A stretch of DNA of 64,000 bases from Squalus acanthias. Lineage: Eukaryota. Below the pieces are notes generated by a model. That model worked only from the letters and a program-made list of their open reading frames with translations, made no database searches and was not told the origin of the DNA. The stretch is from NCBI GenBank assembly GCA_030390025.1, contig CM059432.1, forward strand, positions 38,194,001 through 38,258,000, given 5' to 3'. Made by a program: the position numbers and the translations under genes. Below, one piece after another: positions 38,242 through 48,982 of the stretch. Numbering within the stretch: position 1 is the first letter of the stretch; the number at the start of each line of letters is the position of its first letter.

Positions 38242-40594
38242 TCACACGGTGCTTTCGTCGTGCACGCGCACGTAACGTTCTCGCCACTCTCCCGTGTTTT
38301 CATGCTTGGTGAGGCGTTTGCCTCTTTTACAATGTACGATCAATAGGTACACTACGATAAAAACTTGGCATACGACTAAAATGTGGGAGGCTATTCTGAT
38401 CCATGAAGGCACTTCAATATTGGTGAACAGATTCCACCACGGTGGAATTACTATATCCAGAATGTCTGTTCCTATTTCGACAGTTTTCTGTTCTAATGTG
38501 TAAAAATGTTTCTGTGACACCGCGACGGCTTTTAAAAGCTTGGTGAGGTGTTCAGGGAGAGGGGGAATGAGGTATCCAAAATGCGCGACGAATCGCTGCA
38601 AGTCGGTGAAATTCTCTTTTACTGTTAGATGAACAGTGGATGGTTCAGGGATTGGGACAATTCGCCGTTGTGCTACTTGAACTTCCGCCCTGGGTTTGAA
38701 ACAGAAACTGCTGTCACTCACCGGACACCGGCTACGGTTTCCATGCTGGTAGTGTTGCGCTGCAGTGGTAACACAATATGTTCCACCCCCGATGTATGCT
38801 ACCTGCGGAGGCACATGATCTTGTGCCATTGCCTCCATGGTGCAATTCATGGACTTGGCGCCAGCCGTTCTGAACCCGCACTGTGGTGTTAAAAAGGCAT
38901 TCAAGTGCTGGGGACACAGTATTATGTGTGCTCCCCTGCCACGACAACCAGAGAGATCTGTACCTGTCATCGTTTGCTCCCAGCGGATGACGTAAGGTGG
39001 AACCGCTGCATAGCGAATGTGGGCTCCCCCCTGAATGACACCAATGTTCTCTACCCGATACACCAGGGCGGGCTTTGCTGTGTCGCCCAAAACCGGCATA
39101 CGTAATACTATACCCATGATAGTATGGTTTGATCGTCCGCAGTCCACGGGGACTGGGTAAGCTTCTGAAGCTAGCCTGAGCTGGCACGGGCTTAATGCGT
39201 TCTGAAAAGGCTGGAGCGCCCGCAGGTGTTTGTTACTTATCCAGGACGGGACCAAACCTTGTTTTAAATCCTCCAAATTACTGCGGCCCTCGCCCAGTAA
39301 CCACGCCCCGTAAAGCACGCACACCTCGTTCTGCGCAGCTTGATCGGATGCATTCCGATCTTCCCTAATCAGGGCATTTACCGTCTTTGCATGTTTCTCC
39401 AACTCTGCTATAATTTCCTTTAAATGGAGAGTCATGGCTTGGTCCTCGTGTAAACCCGACCCAACCATTTTATTCTCATCTGTTAGAATGTCTTTTAATT
39501 GCGTCTTTAAACCATTAATCTGGGTCTGCAGCTCCACACTGTCTAGAGCGTTGACCGCAGATGTACCCGTGTTAAAAGCAGTGAACACGTCGTTCACTAC
39601 ACCCCTTCTTTGCCTCCCTACTTGATCCAAAACTTCATGTGGTGCGGTGTACAAACTTGTTTTATCAATTTCCGCGAAATCGAATTCGTAAAATTGTCTG
39701 AACATCTTGGTCAACAGGACCTGATACAACTGTTCCGTCTTTTTGGGGCACCACTCTGGTAACCGCACCTCGGTGAGATTTAAAATCACCGAGGCCACCG
39801 CGTAATGTACCCCCTGAAATAGTATATGGTCTGTGGGGGACCAGTACCAAACCATTCCCGGGTCCCTTACTAGTTTTAGGGCACCCTTCCTCTTCAGCTA
39901 GAACCACCGGAATCGTGGGCGGGGCTTTGCGTGGGCGCGTAATGAGCTCAGTGGCATTTACCGGGATCGAAGAGTATGGGTCTCCGCACCCCCTGGTGCT
40001 CGCATCCCACCTCATCCCCTGTCCGTTATCCTGCCATTGGTTAATGAAAAATATGGAGATGCCTTTGGGGCAAGCGTACTTTGACCCCCACATGCATACA
40101 TAAATTCCCTCATCCGGTTCCCACCATTTGTCCCAACAGACTCTCACTTGTCCGTTTGTCCCCGTAATTGTTCGATGGGTATTATTACCCAGTCGTTCCC
40201 ACTCGACCGAAGAGTTCCTCATGTTTTTACTCAGCTTTCGCAGCCACCACCATCGGCTCAATGGGACATTCCCATTACAAGTCAAACAAATCTGTTTGCC
40301 GACGGTGACGCTGATCCTAGGTGCGATGATCCGTACTTTGGGGCACATTAAAGAAGTCTCTTGGTAGGCAAACCCCGATGTGCTAGAATACTCCGTTGAG
40401 TTTGTTCCCAGCCATCCTGGCCACCTTCCCTTGTGGAAATAGGTGGTGGTCTCCTCAGCCTCCCGTCTTCCGGTCCCATCCACCGCGATGGGGACCGTGT
40501 CCCCGGAGCATCCAAACACCACGACATCCTTGGTGCGACCTCGATAGGCCAATCCACATCCAATTGCCGCGAGCAATACTAGAATTCGTTCCAT
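38242..40594 (-). pseudogene. env: Envelope glycoprotein (~783 aa once repaired; one +1 frameshift in the homopolymer at 39835-39839)
   Basis: Signal peptide MERILVLLAAIGCGLA, splice acceptor AG at 40609-40608, furin site RQRR (39604-39615), fusion peptide and heptad region, Cys-rich region, TM IASHILVVCQVFIVVYLLIV, basic tail. Confidence 0.88.
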
Positions 40595-40894
40595 CCTTCC
40601 TTGGTTCCTGTGATCAGATAGAATGAGGTAGCCAGCCTCGCAAGAGTCTCTGGCTTTTGTGAAGGGTGAGCGGGTCCCCTGACCTCGCCTCACGTAAACT
40701 TCAATGTTCACTGAATAAACTTTAACTAGACCTATCTCTAAAGCTCCCATCATTTTACCATTTTCTGTTAAAATTAAACTACAAACTTAACCTTATTTAA
40801 AACTATAAACTTATTCTTAACCTTAAGCTATAAACCTAGAAACTTATCCTAAACTTATTACTGTACAGCGCCGCCCGTTCCCAGGGCGGCCCCT

Positions 40895-43800
40895 TTAAAT
40901 TCTGAGAAGGCTGCTGCGAGCTCTTCCCGACGGTGGGAGGGCACTGACCCCTTCCTTTGATCTGCCGCAGCCTGTTGCTGCACTGACCCCTTCCTTTGAT
41001 CTGCCGCAGCCTGTTGCTGCACTGACCCCTTCCTTTGATCTGCCGCAGCCTGTTGCTGCTGCGATGGGACTGGGCCCTACCTGGGCTGCCTTAACCTTAA
41101 GCCTGCACCTTGGGGCAGTCTGGGGACATGACCACATTTTCCTGGGCTGGGGTGCTCGACCTGACCTACGAGGAGTTGTCGGGGGCAGGAATCCCAGGAC
41201 CGACGGACCGGGTTCCGAGACTTCCACCGGGACGACCTGTGGTCCCACCACAGTCGCTGGCTCCGCCCCCCCCTGACTCCGCCTCCCTGACTCGGGACTT
41301 GCAGCTTGTGGCACCGCCCTGCTCAGCCCAGCAGGCGGCCCTTCACTCGCAATCCCTACCTCCCCCGAGGGCAGGACGTTCAAGGTGGGCGGCTCGGGCT
41401 CTGAGGTTTTCACCATCACGCCCTGTGGTCTCACAGTGGCTGGCTCCGCCTCCCCTAGCTCCTCCCTCCTGTGTTCGGGACCTGCAGCCTCGGTGTCCAC
41501 CCTGTGTGGATCTCTATCTGCAGCCCCTGTCCTCCCTATACCTGAATCGGGGGCGACCCTTGCGTTCCCCGATTCCCACTCGCCCTCATCACTATCCTCA
41601 TCTGACTCGAGTTCCGGGAACTCTCCCTCATCTGACTCCCAACCCCACAAAAATGTTTCACAATTTTCCAGGATGTCTCCTCCCCTGATGCAAGCTGCTT
41701 TGCCTGCCTGTGTGCCTTGTGGTCCTACCTGGGGCTGCGAGTCTCCACTCGCAGGGTTTGCCCCTGTGGTTTTCCCTTGTGCACCTGGCTTGTACAGTTT
41801 GCACTGGTTTACATGGAACCACTTAGTGCGCCGAGGTACCTTTACGGCGTAAACCATGGGACTCGCCTTATCTACAATGTTGTAGGGCCCCATATACAGT
41901 GGTTCCAGACTCCCTACTCTGGCGTAGTTTCTGACCATGACCTGGTCTCCTACTTCCCACTCCCGCGTTTTGCGGGGTTCCAGCAACAGGCGATTGCCCT
42001 GATGCTGCCTTCCCATGTTCCCAGCCGCCTGCTCATAAACCTGCTTCAGGCGCTCCAAGAGGGTCTGGGCGAACTTGTCCCTGCTTATCTCTTGGAGCTG
42101 ACCCTCAGTGAGCACCGGCGCTAGCACATGGGTGGGGGTTCGCATGATCCTCCCAGTCATCACCTCGTGCGGGGAATACCACGTACTTTTCGACTGACTG
42201 GCCCGGACCCCCATGAGGACTAAAGGCAGAACCTCCGCCCATTTTTGGGGCGAGTTCCTAGTCTCTTTCCTCAATTTCTCCTTCAGGGTCCGGTTCATGC
42301 GTTCAACAATCCCGGATGACTGGGGATTGTGTGCTACGTGCCACTTCCCTTCAATGCCCAAAAGCATGAGGGTGTTCTGCATCACCTGGCCGGTGAAATG
42401 ACTCCCTTGGTCTGACTCCACAAAACGGGGAAGTCCCCACCGCGAGAACACTTCCCGACCAAGATTTTTGCAGTACCCAGTGCCGTAGCTGTTCGACAGG
42501 GGAAGGCTTCCACCCACTTGGAAAACACATCCACCAAGACGAGGCAGTATTTATAGCCTCCCTGGGTGGTGGGCAGGGGCCCTATATAGTCGATCTGTAT
42601 CGACTGCCATGGTCCCTCTACCCTTCTTACGTGCCCCATGGGCACTTTCCTTTTCTGGGGGTCTGGGTTGTTTGCAGCGCACACGAGACAGTTTGCACAG
42701 AACTCTCGGACCTGTTCCCTGAGCCCTGGCCACCATCCCGCTTGCTCTACCCGTTGCCAGGTAACCTCGGGCCCGGGGTGCCCTGCCCCTGGTCCCTCGT
42801 GAGCCAACTGGAGGAATTCCCTCCTGTGCTGCTGCGGCACAACCCACTGCTCCTCGCGGAACAGCATGCCTTCCTTAACTGAGAGGGTTGCCGTACTGTA
42901 CGGACCCTCTACGTGCTTCCCCTCAGCAATGGTTTTTAGGACTGCTTTTAGGGCGGGATCCTGGGTTTGGACGGTCTTAAGGTCTAGGGGCAATGCTACC
43001 CTGGAGTTCCCGGGATTCCCGTCCCTGCCTTGGATCGCTGCCATGGGTCTGGTCCCATAGGGGTCCCAGAAAATGCCGTTGCGGGCACCTTCCCTGGCTA
43101 GCGCATCCGCCTGCTGGTTGCCCTCCCCACGGGGCTCTGTGGAGGAGTGAGCCTTCACCTTATGGATGAAAATCTCCCCTTCCTCCCCTACTGCTGCTAG
43201 GATCTTTTCCAGCAAGGGCTTCACCGTTAAAGGTCGCCCGTCCGCGGAGGTGTATCCACGGCGGGACCAAATGGCCAGGTATTCCGTACACGAATTACAT
43301 GTGAACATACTGTCCGAGCAAATCGTGTATGGGGTTGGGAAAATGTCTGGGTGGGTAACAACGTACACCACTGCAGACAGCTCAGCCTGCTGCGCGCTCA
43401 TGGTGCTAGGGAGCTTGATCGCCAGGGCAAGGTTTGCCGCAGGGTCATAAACTCCACACCCTGTGAGTCGTTCGCCAGCAGATACTGTGCTAGAACCATC
43501 AACATAAATCTCGCGCCCAGTGGGATGTATCCCGGCCCGCAAACCTATGTTGACGTCCCACACCCCTTCCACCGAACATTGGTGGGCTGTACCGGGGTAT
43601 ACCAAATTGGCCGCAAGCCTGGGCTCGCAAAGACCTTTTACTCTAAGATCCATCTGGGAAAGAAGAAGGGTCCAGCGCGCAATACGCACGCTGCTTACGG
43701 TCCCATCTTTAATTCTCCCATCTAAAAGCATCTTAGTTGGTGTGTGATGGGTGAGGAGAGTGATGGGAGAGAGCCCTGTGAAGATCGCTGATCTTTTCAC

Positions 43801-45459
43801 AGCCCAATGCGTGGCTAAAAGGTGCCTTTCGCAATTGGAGAAACTTCTCTCCACATCCGTTAACACCCTGGACGAATAGACAACCGGCCTCAGCTTGCCG
43901 TGGCGCTCTTGGAGCAGCACAGCGCTCAAGCTGTCCCCGCTGGCAGCTACCTCCAGGAAAAACTCCTTCCCCCCATCTATGGCCCCTAAGGCTGGCGCGG
44001 TCTGCAGATCCCTTTTTAACTTCTCGAAGGCTGCTTGGCAGCCCTCGTCCCAAGACCACTCCACTCCCTTATGGAGGAGTCGGAGGAGCGGCGCCGCTGT
44101 GGCCGCATAGTCTTCGATAAAATCCCTGCAGTAACCGGTCAGTCCCAAGAAGGACCTCACACCCCTTAAATCGTTAGGAATTGGTAACTCTTGCACCGAC
44201 TCCCTCCTAGCCTTATCTATGGCTCTTTCCCCAGCGCGAATGGTCAGCCCCAGGAATTTTACTTCCTGCTGACCGATACGTGCTTTCTTAGGGTTTACTT
44301 TAAAACCCTTTCTCGCTAGCAGCTCCAATAACTCGGCCAGCAGTGATCCATGCTCCTCCCTTGAATCCGTAAATAGGAGCAAATCATCCACGTACTGCAC
44401 TATCTGATTGGGCTGACTAAACTCCTTTAAACTTCCTGCCATACATTGATGGAAAATACTGGGGCTGTTGTGGAAACCCTGTGGCAGACAGTTCCATGTG
44501 TACTGTTGTCCTTTGAAAGTAAAGGCAAACTTGTACTGGTCCTCTCGCCGTAGCGGGATGGACCAAAAACCGTTCGAGATATCCAGCACCGTGAACGTGG
44601 TCGCGGACGCTGGGATACTCCCTATTAGGTCAGCAACTGCTGCTACCGTGGGCGCGCAGGCGGGAATGTTACTGTTAAGGACTCTGTAGTCCACCGTGGC
44701 TCTCCACGAATTATCCGGCTTCCTAACCGGCCATAATGGGGAGTTCACGTGTGTGGCTATCGGCCTCAACACGCCCTGCTGCACCAAGGAGGACATTGCT
44801 GTCTCCATATCGGGTTCTGCTTCTTTGGGGAAGTTATACTGTTTTTGGGGCCGGGTCATGAGGTCCCCATCTACGCTGACCTCAAACCCGGCAACCCTCC
44901 CACAATCGTGCTTGTGGGTTGCAAACGCGTGCATATTATCTGACACGTACGTTTGCATGTCCGTTGGGACATCTGCGACCATAAGCCCGAGGTCGTAGCC
45001 TCCGGATGGCTGCATGGTACACAGGACCCCTGTTTCTTCCTCCCCCGGAATTACCACTACCTTACCTTTTTCACTCTTAGCCCCCCAGAGACAATGATTT
45101 CTGAGGTCCACGAGGATCCCGTGTCCTGATAGGAGATCGGACCCGAGGATACCTCTACCACCCCCCTCCTGCCATTCCATCAATATGCACTTCCACTTGA
45201 TGTGAAGTGCCCCCAAACGAATGGATAGCGGAAAGGAGAACGCGCCAGCCTGTTCTTTTCCCGTGAACCCCGCTAATGTGAATGGGACCTTGGTAGATAG
45301 CGGTGAGTCAAAAGGGCTATCTGTATGAATCACGGTGCAAGAAGCTCCCGTGTCCAACAAATAACTACCCTTCTGTTTCTCTACCTCCATCTCCACCAAG
45401 GGTCGCTTCCACGCATCATAGCTGAGCGGACACAGGTAGACGGGCTGCGCGGGCTCTAG
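40895..45459 (-). pseudogene. pol: Pol polyprotein PR-RT-tether-RNaseH-IN; one 1-bp deletion near 42456
   Basis: LLDTGAS, LPQGFHNSP, YVDD, tether LEVAAS, RNase H YVDGSS/AQQAEL/CSDS/GNQQAD, IN HHCC, IDYIGP, SDQGSHF, VERMN, GPY. Confidence 0.93.
40941..41057. repeat. Three exact 39-bp tandem repeats in the pol 3' extension
   Basis: GCACTGACCCCTTCCTTTGATCTGCCGCAGCCTGTTGCT x3. Confidence 0.95.
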
Positions 45460-47268
45460 TCATTGGGTATGGTTAGACGGGCCTGCGGCACCTATGGGGC
45501 CGGTAGCAACCGCCACTTTTCCATGTGCACTCATGAAGTTGCGCATGGCTCCCAACACTGATTCGAGGTCGTCGGGAGGGGTGGGTGCACTAGCTTCCCT
45601 AACAGAGACAGGCATCTGGGCTTGGGCTGCGGGATTTTTATCCCTGGAATCCTTCCAAGGGTTCCCGCAGTTCTTGCGCCAGTGCCCTGTCCTCCCACAC
45701 CCGTAACAAGCATTACTTGCCTGCGGGGCGCGGTTACCCTCCTGATGCCACTCCTTTTGAGCCGGGGCTGCGGGTCGTACCTCATGTACTTTTCCCTTAA
45801 GGGGACGTGCTCCCATACCCCTTATATTGCGGTATCCTACCGTGAGTCGATTTAAGACCGACTCTTCCATAATGTTGGGGTCAGTGGGATCAAACCACGC
45901 TTTTGCCTGCTCTCTGACGGCTGGCAAACTGTTGGCTACTATGCACCTAAGCCAATGAGTTAAACCGACGCCGTCCACAGCGTCGCGCTCTGGCGCACCT
46001 GGACAGCTGCGTTGATATACTGGCCACAGCCTGTCGGCAAAAACCTTCGGGGGTTCTCCCTCCATCTGCACTGTCTGTCCCACTCTAGCAAACGGACCTT
46101 CATCGTCCGTCCCCAACACTTCTAGGACCTCATTTTTTAATGCCTCATATGTCTTGGTTCCCCTCTTGCTCTCGTCCGAGAGACACTGAAGGATTGAACT
46201 GCCTAACGAAAATAACAGCATTTTTGCTGTTTCCCCATCATCGCAGCCGTTAATGGCTGCGGTTTGCTCAACTTCTCTGAAATGTACGGAAGGGTCGTCT
46301 GACTCGGTCAGCTTCCGTACGTGATTTATCATAACTCTCAGCTGGTGTGAGCTGTGAGGCAACACAAGCTGGTTGAGGAGAACCCCTGGTTCCTCCCCAC
46401 CGTTTCTGTTTGGGCCCCTTTTTATACCCGTAACTGGACACAACGGTCCCTTTTCCACTTCTTCCTCAGTGGGCTCTTTTGTTTCTTCTACTACTTCCTC
46501 CCTTACCCAGGTTTCCGAATAGCTGGGTGGCGCGGAGGGCGTAGTGGCTACTACTTCCTTTGCTTTACTTGGTGGGAATTTCTGAAACTCCTCATCTACT
46601 AGCGGCTGGTGTGCTGACGGACTGATAAGGCACACCATGCCGTGCGCTTTGTTCACGGCCCTTTTAAGGTGCTCTATCTCCTTTTGGCAGGCGCTATGAT
46701 CGGCCCCCTGAAATTTATCCTCAAGGGCCATCTTATATGCCGCCCTAACCCCCGTTAAGCTCTCTTCCTGGGCTCTTATCTGGGCAGCTTGGCGGGCACA
46801 TCGTTCCTTTAGTCTGCCCTCACTTAACTTTGCCTCAGTGACCTGGCACTCGAGGTAATCTATTTTTGCTTTGTGGTGACTGGTGATTTCCTGGCGTTCT
46901 CGGTGCAGCGCACTTAAATTCCTAATGAGCAACTCCCCTCCAGAGACTTTCTCATCCATTTCCTCCTCTAAATGCCTGATCCGAGCTGTTTGCGCTGTAA
47001 TGACCTGGTTTGAAATCTGGACCTGCCTTTTGTAACACATTAACCAGACTGCTTTCTCGACTGTCTTTTTATGTTCCTTACTATCTGTCCACCTCTCGGC
47101 TGCCTCTAGTGGACTCTTATCCGCTAACAGGTCACTTATCCATTTCTTAGTTAAATTTACCTTTCCGAACACATAATCTGCTATCTTTTCCTGCATAACA
47201 TTTCGCACATTCACACCAAAGTCTAACACACTACCCTCTCGCTGCCAGTGTCCTGCCGCGGTCGCCAT
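45460..47268 (-). CDS. gag: Gag (602 aa, intact): coiled coil, PSAPPSY late domain, capsid-like region, CCHC knuckle
   Basis: Open ORF between LTR and pol; CYGCGRTGHWRKNC; ends TGA-CTAG in frame with pol. Confidence 0.92.
   Translation of the reverse strand: MATAAGHWQREGSVLDFGVNVRNVMQEKIADYVFGKVNLTKKWISDLLADKSPLEAAERWTDSKEHKKTVEKAVWLMCYKRQVQISNQVITAQTARIRHLEEEMDEKVSGGELLIRNLSALHRERQEITSHHKAKIDYLECQVTEAKLSEGRLKERCARQAAQIRAQEESLTGVRAAYKMALEDKFQGADHSACQKEIEHLKRAVNKAHGMVCLISPSAHQPLVDEEFQKFPPSKAKEVVATTPSAPPSYSETWVREEVVEETKEPTEEEVEKGPLCPVTGIKRGPNRNGGEEPGVLLNQLVLPHSSHQLRVMINHVRKLTESDDPSVHFREVEQTAAINGCDDGETAKMLLFSLGSSILQCLSDESKRGTKTYEALKNEVLEVLGTDDEGPFARVGQTVQMEGEPPKVFADRLWPVYQRSCPGAPERDAVDGVGLTHWLRCIVANSLPAVREQAKAWFDPTDPNIMEESVLNRLTVGYRNIRGMGARPLKGKVHEVRPAAPAQKEWHQEGNRAPQASNACYGCGRTGHWRKNCGNPWKDSRDKNPAAQAQMPVSVREASAPTPPDDLESVLGAMRNFMSAHGKVAVATGPIGAAGPSNHTQ
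47250..47267 (-). promoter_or_regulatory. Primer binding site, tRNA-Ser-like
   Basis: TGGCGACCGCGGCAGGAC, 5 nt after the LTR end; resembles Ser PBS patterns (TGGCGTAGTCGGCAGGA, TGGCGACGAGG). Confidence 0.6.
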
Positions 47269-47272
47269 TTTC

Positions 47273-48982
47273 TGTAAGGGTTTTTGTCTCTCAGCCTGTG
47301 AGATTCGTGTGGCTCTGTGCAGCCCGGGTGCTAGTGCGGGTTTAGGCCTTGTTGCCTGTTCTGGTCTCCAGCCAGTCTGGGAGCACTAGACACACCTGTG
47401 AGTGGTTCGACCCACTCGCCCTTACGGTTCTAGACACTGGACTTAGATGCGAGAGCAGTAATGGAGATGAAACTCAGGTAGACTCGGTTGAATGGTACGA
47501 AATGGAAAATCTTTATTGCATAGTACTTAAGATTACGAAATACATGTCATACGCACAGATTAATGACAGTACAATCTTACACGCAGTTATGTAATTAATT
47601 TCAGGGAAACGAGGAACGAACGACACATCGTAAATGGGGGCACACATTACAATTATCCTTAATACTTGAAACCCTCCCCTATCAATATCTGTCCTAAGCT
47701 AGATTCGTAGGATTCGAGACTCATGCTCACCACTCGTGATAACTCGGAGAATTCCGAAAACTCTGATCGGATGTTTTTCACCGCAGCGCCCACGTGTCGA
47801 TCAGGGGGTCTCCTGGCCCCACTTGTTTACTCGTTTCTGCTCCGGCTAGCAGGTTGGAACGTCTGCTGTCATGAAGATCTGTGTTGTCCTCGGAGTTCCG
47901 ACTCTACTCAAAAAAGTGTCTTCCTGTGCCCTCGCACTGATGCGATAAAATTCGAAGAAGAGAGTCTTCCTGTGTCAGTTCTGTAGAACTCAAAGAAGTC
48001 TTCCTGGCAAGGAAAATGTCTATTCGACCTACAGGCGCGGTTGGGGCTTACTGACCGTGGCGATAAGTATGGTCTTCTTCTCTTCTCATCTCATCTCATC
48101 TCATCTCATCTCGGGCCTTCGGTTCCAACACCGTTTACCGACTTATCGGAATGGTGCGCCCGCTTCAAGGCTTCAGAGCCCAGTTCTACACAGGTCTTCG
48201 CGACACGACACGAGGTAGATCCGAGCGGATCGTAAAGTTCAACAGTCTTTTGAAAAGAGACACGAGGCGAGCAGGAACAAGACGGCGAGTCAAGAGCACA
48301 GGAGCACCACGAGGATAAGAGTCAACCGAATAAGAGCAAGAGTCAAGAGAAGATGGACGGTTTGGAGCTTGTAATTATAGTGCAAAATCTTCCGTTTCCC
48401 GCCCAACCTTAATGTCTTTTCTTTTGTTAGGGTTTGGCGCTCAAAATGTCTCGTATAGGGTGATCTTCATTTTAATGGGTTTCGGGGCTACTCGTAAATG
48501 TCTGAGTACCTGTTAATATTTCTCCCATTGTTTAATCGGTCGGTGTTCTCCCCGGAGGGGTTTTGGGGCTTCCAAGTGTTTTCTGTAACTACCCACTAAC
48601 GGCTCTCTCATCGTAGAGTCGTTGGGATTTTACATATTAATGTCTTTGGATGGGTTCTTGATTACTTGGTACAATAGCTTTTATTCGTACCTGGGAGACC
48701 GATTTCAGTATTTATGTGTATACTGTAAACCCATGATGTCTCGTGTATTATCTTAAATGTGCTGAGTCTTAATCGATCTTGCACAAATGTTTACTGGAAC
48801 GCCATCTTGTCTGCCTGTCGAAAAGTCTAGAATGTTCTGCCACGAGGTGCGGCGGCCATTTTACAAGGTGCTTGTGTCCACTTTAAAAACCTGACAGCAT
48901 TCTGCTGAAATAAAAGCTGTTTGAACGAAACTATGTGTTTTTCTCCTTATTAATAAAATCGCGATATATTGCGAATTCTACA
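47273..48982 (-). repeat. 5' LTR of provirus
   Basis: TG...CA termini, near identity with 36077-37793. Confidence 0.93.

Larger units (their letters stand above)
36077..48982 (-). mobile_element. Near-intact env-bearing provirus, lokiretrovirus-like
   Basis: Two ~1.71-kb LTRs, PBS, gag-pol-env, PPT; Pol has a degenerate RNase H tether plus a second RNase H; env is F-protein-like. Confidence 0.9.

Noticed and set aside
40760..40862. AT-rich degenerate AAACTTA/AACCTTA repeats between pol and env
   Set aside because: Could be splicing-regulatory or a simple spacer; nothing in the sequence discriminates
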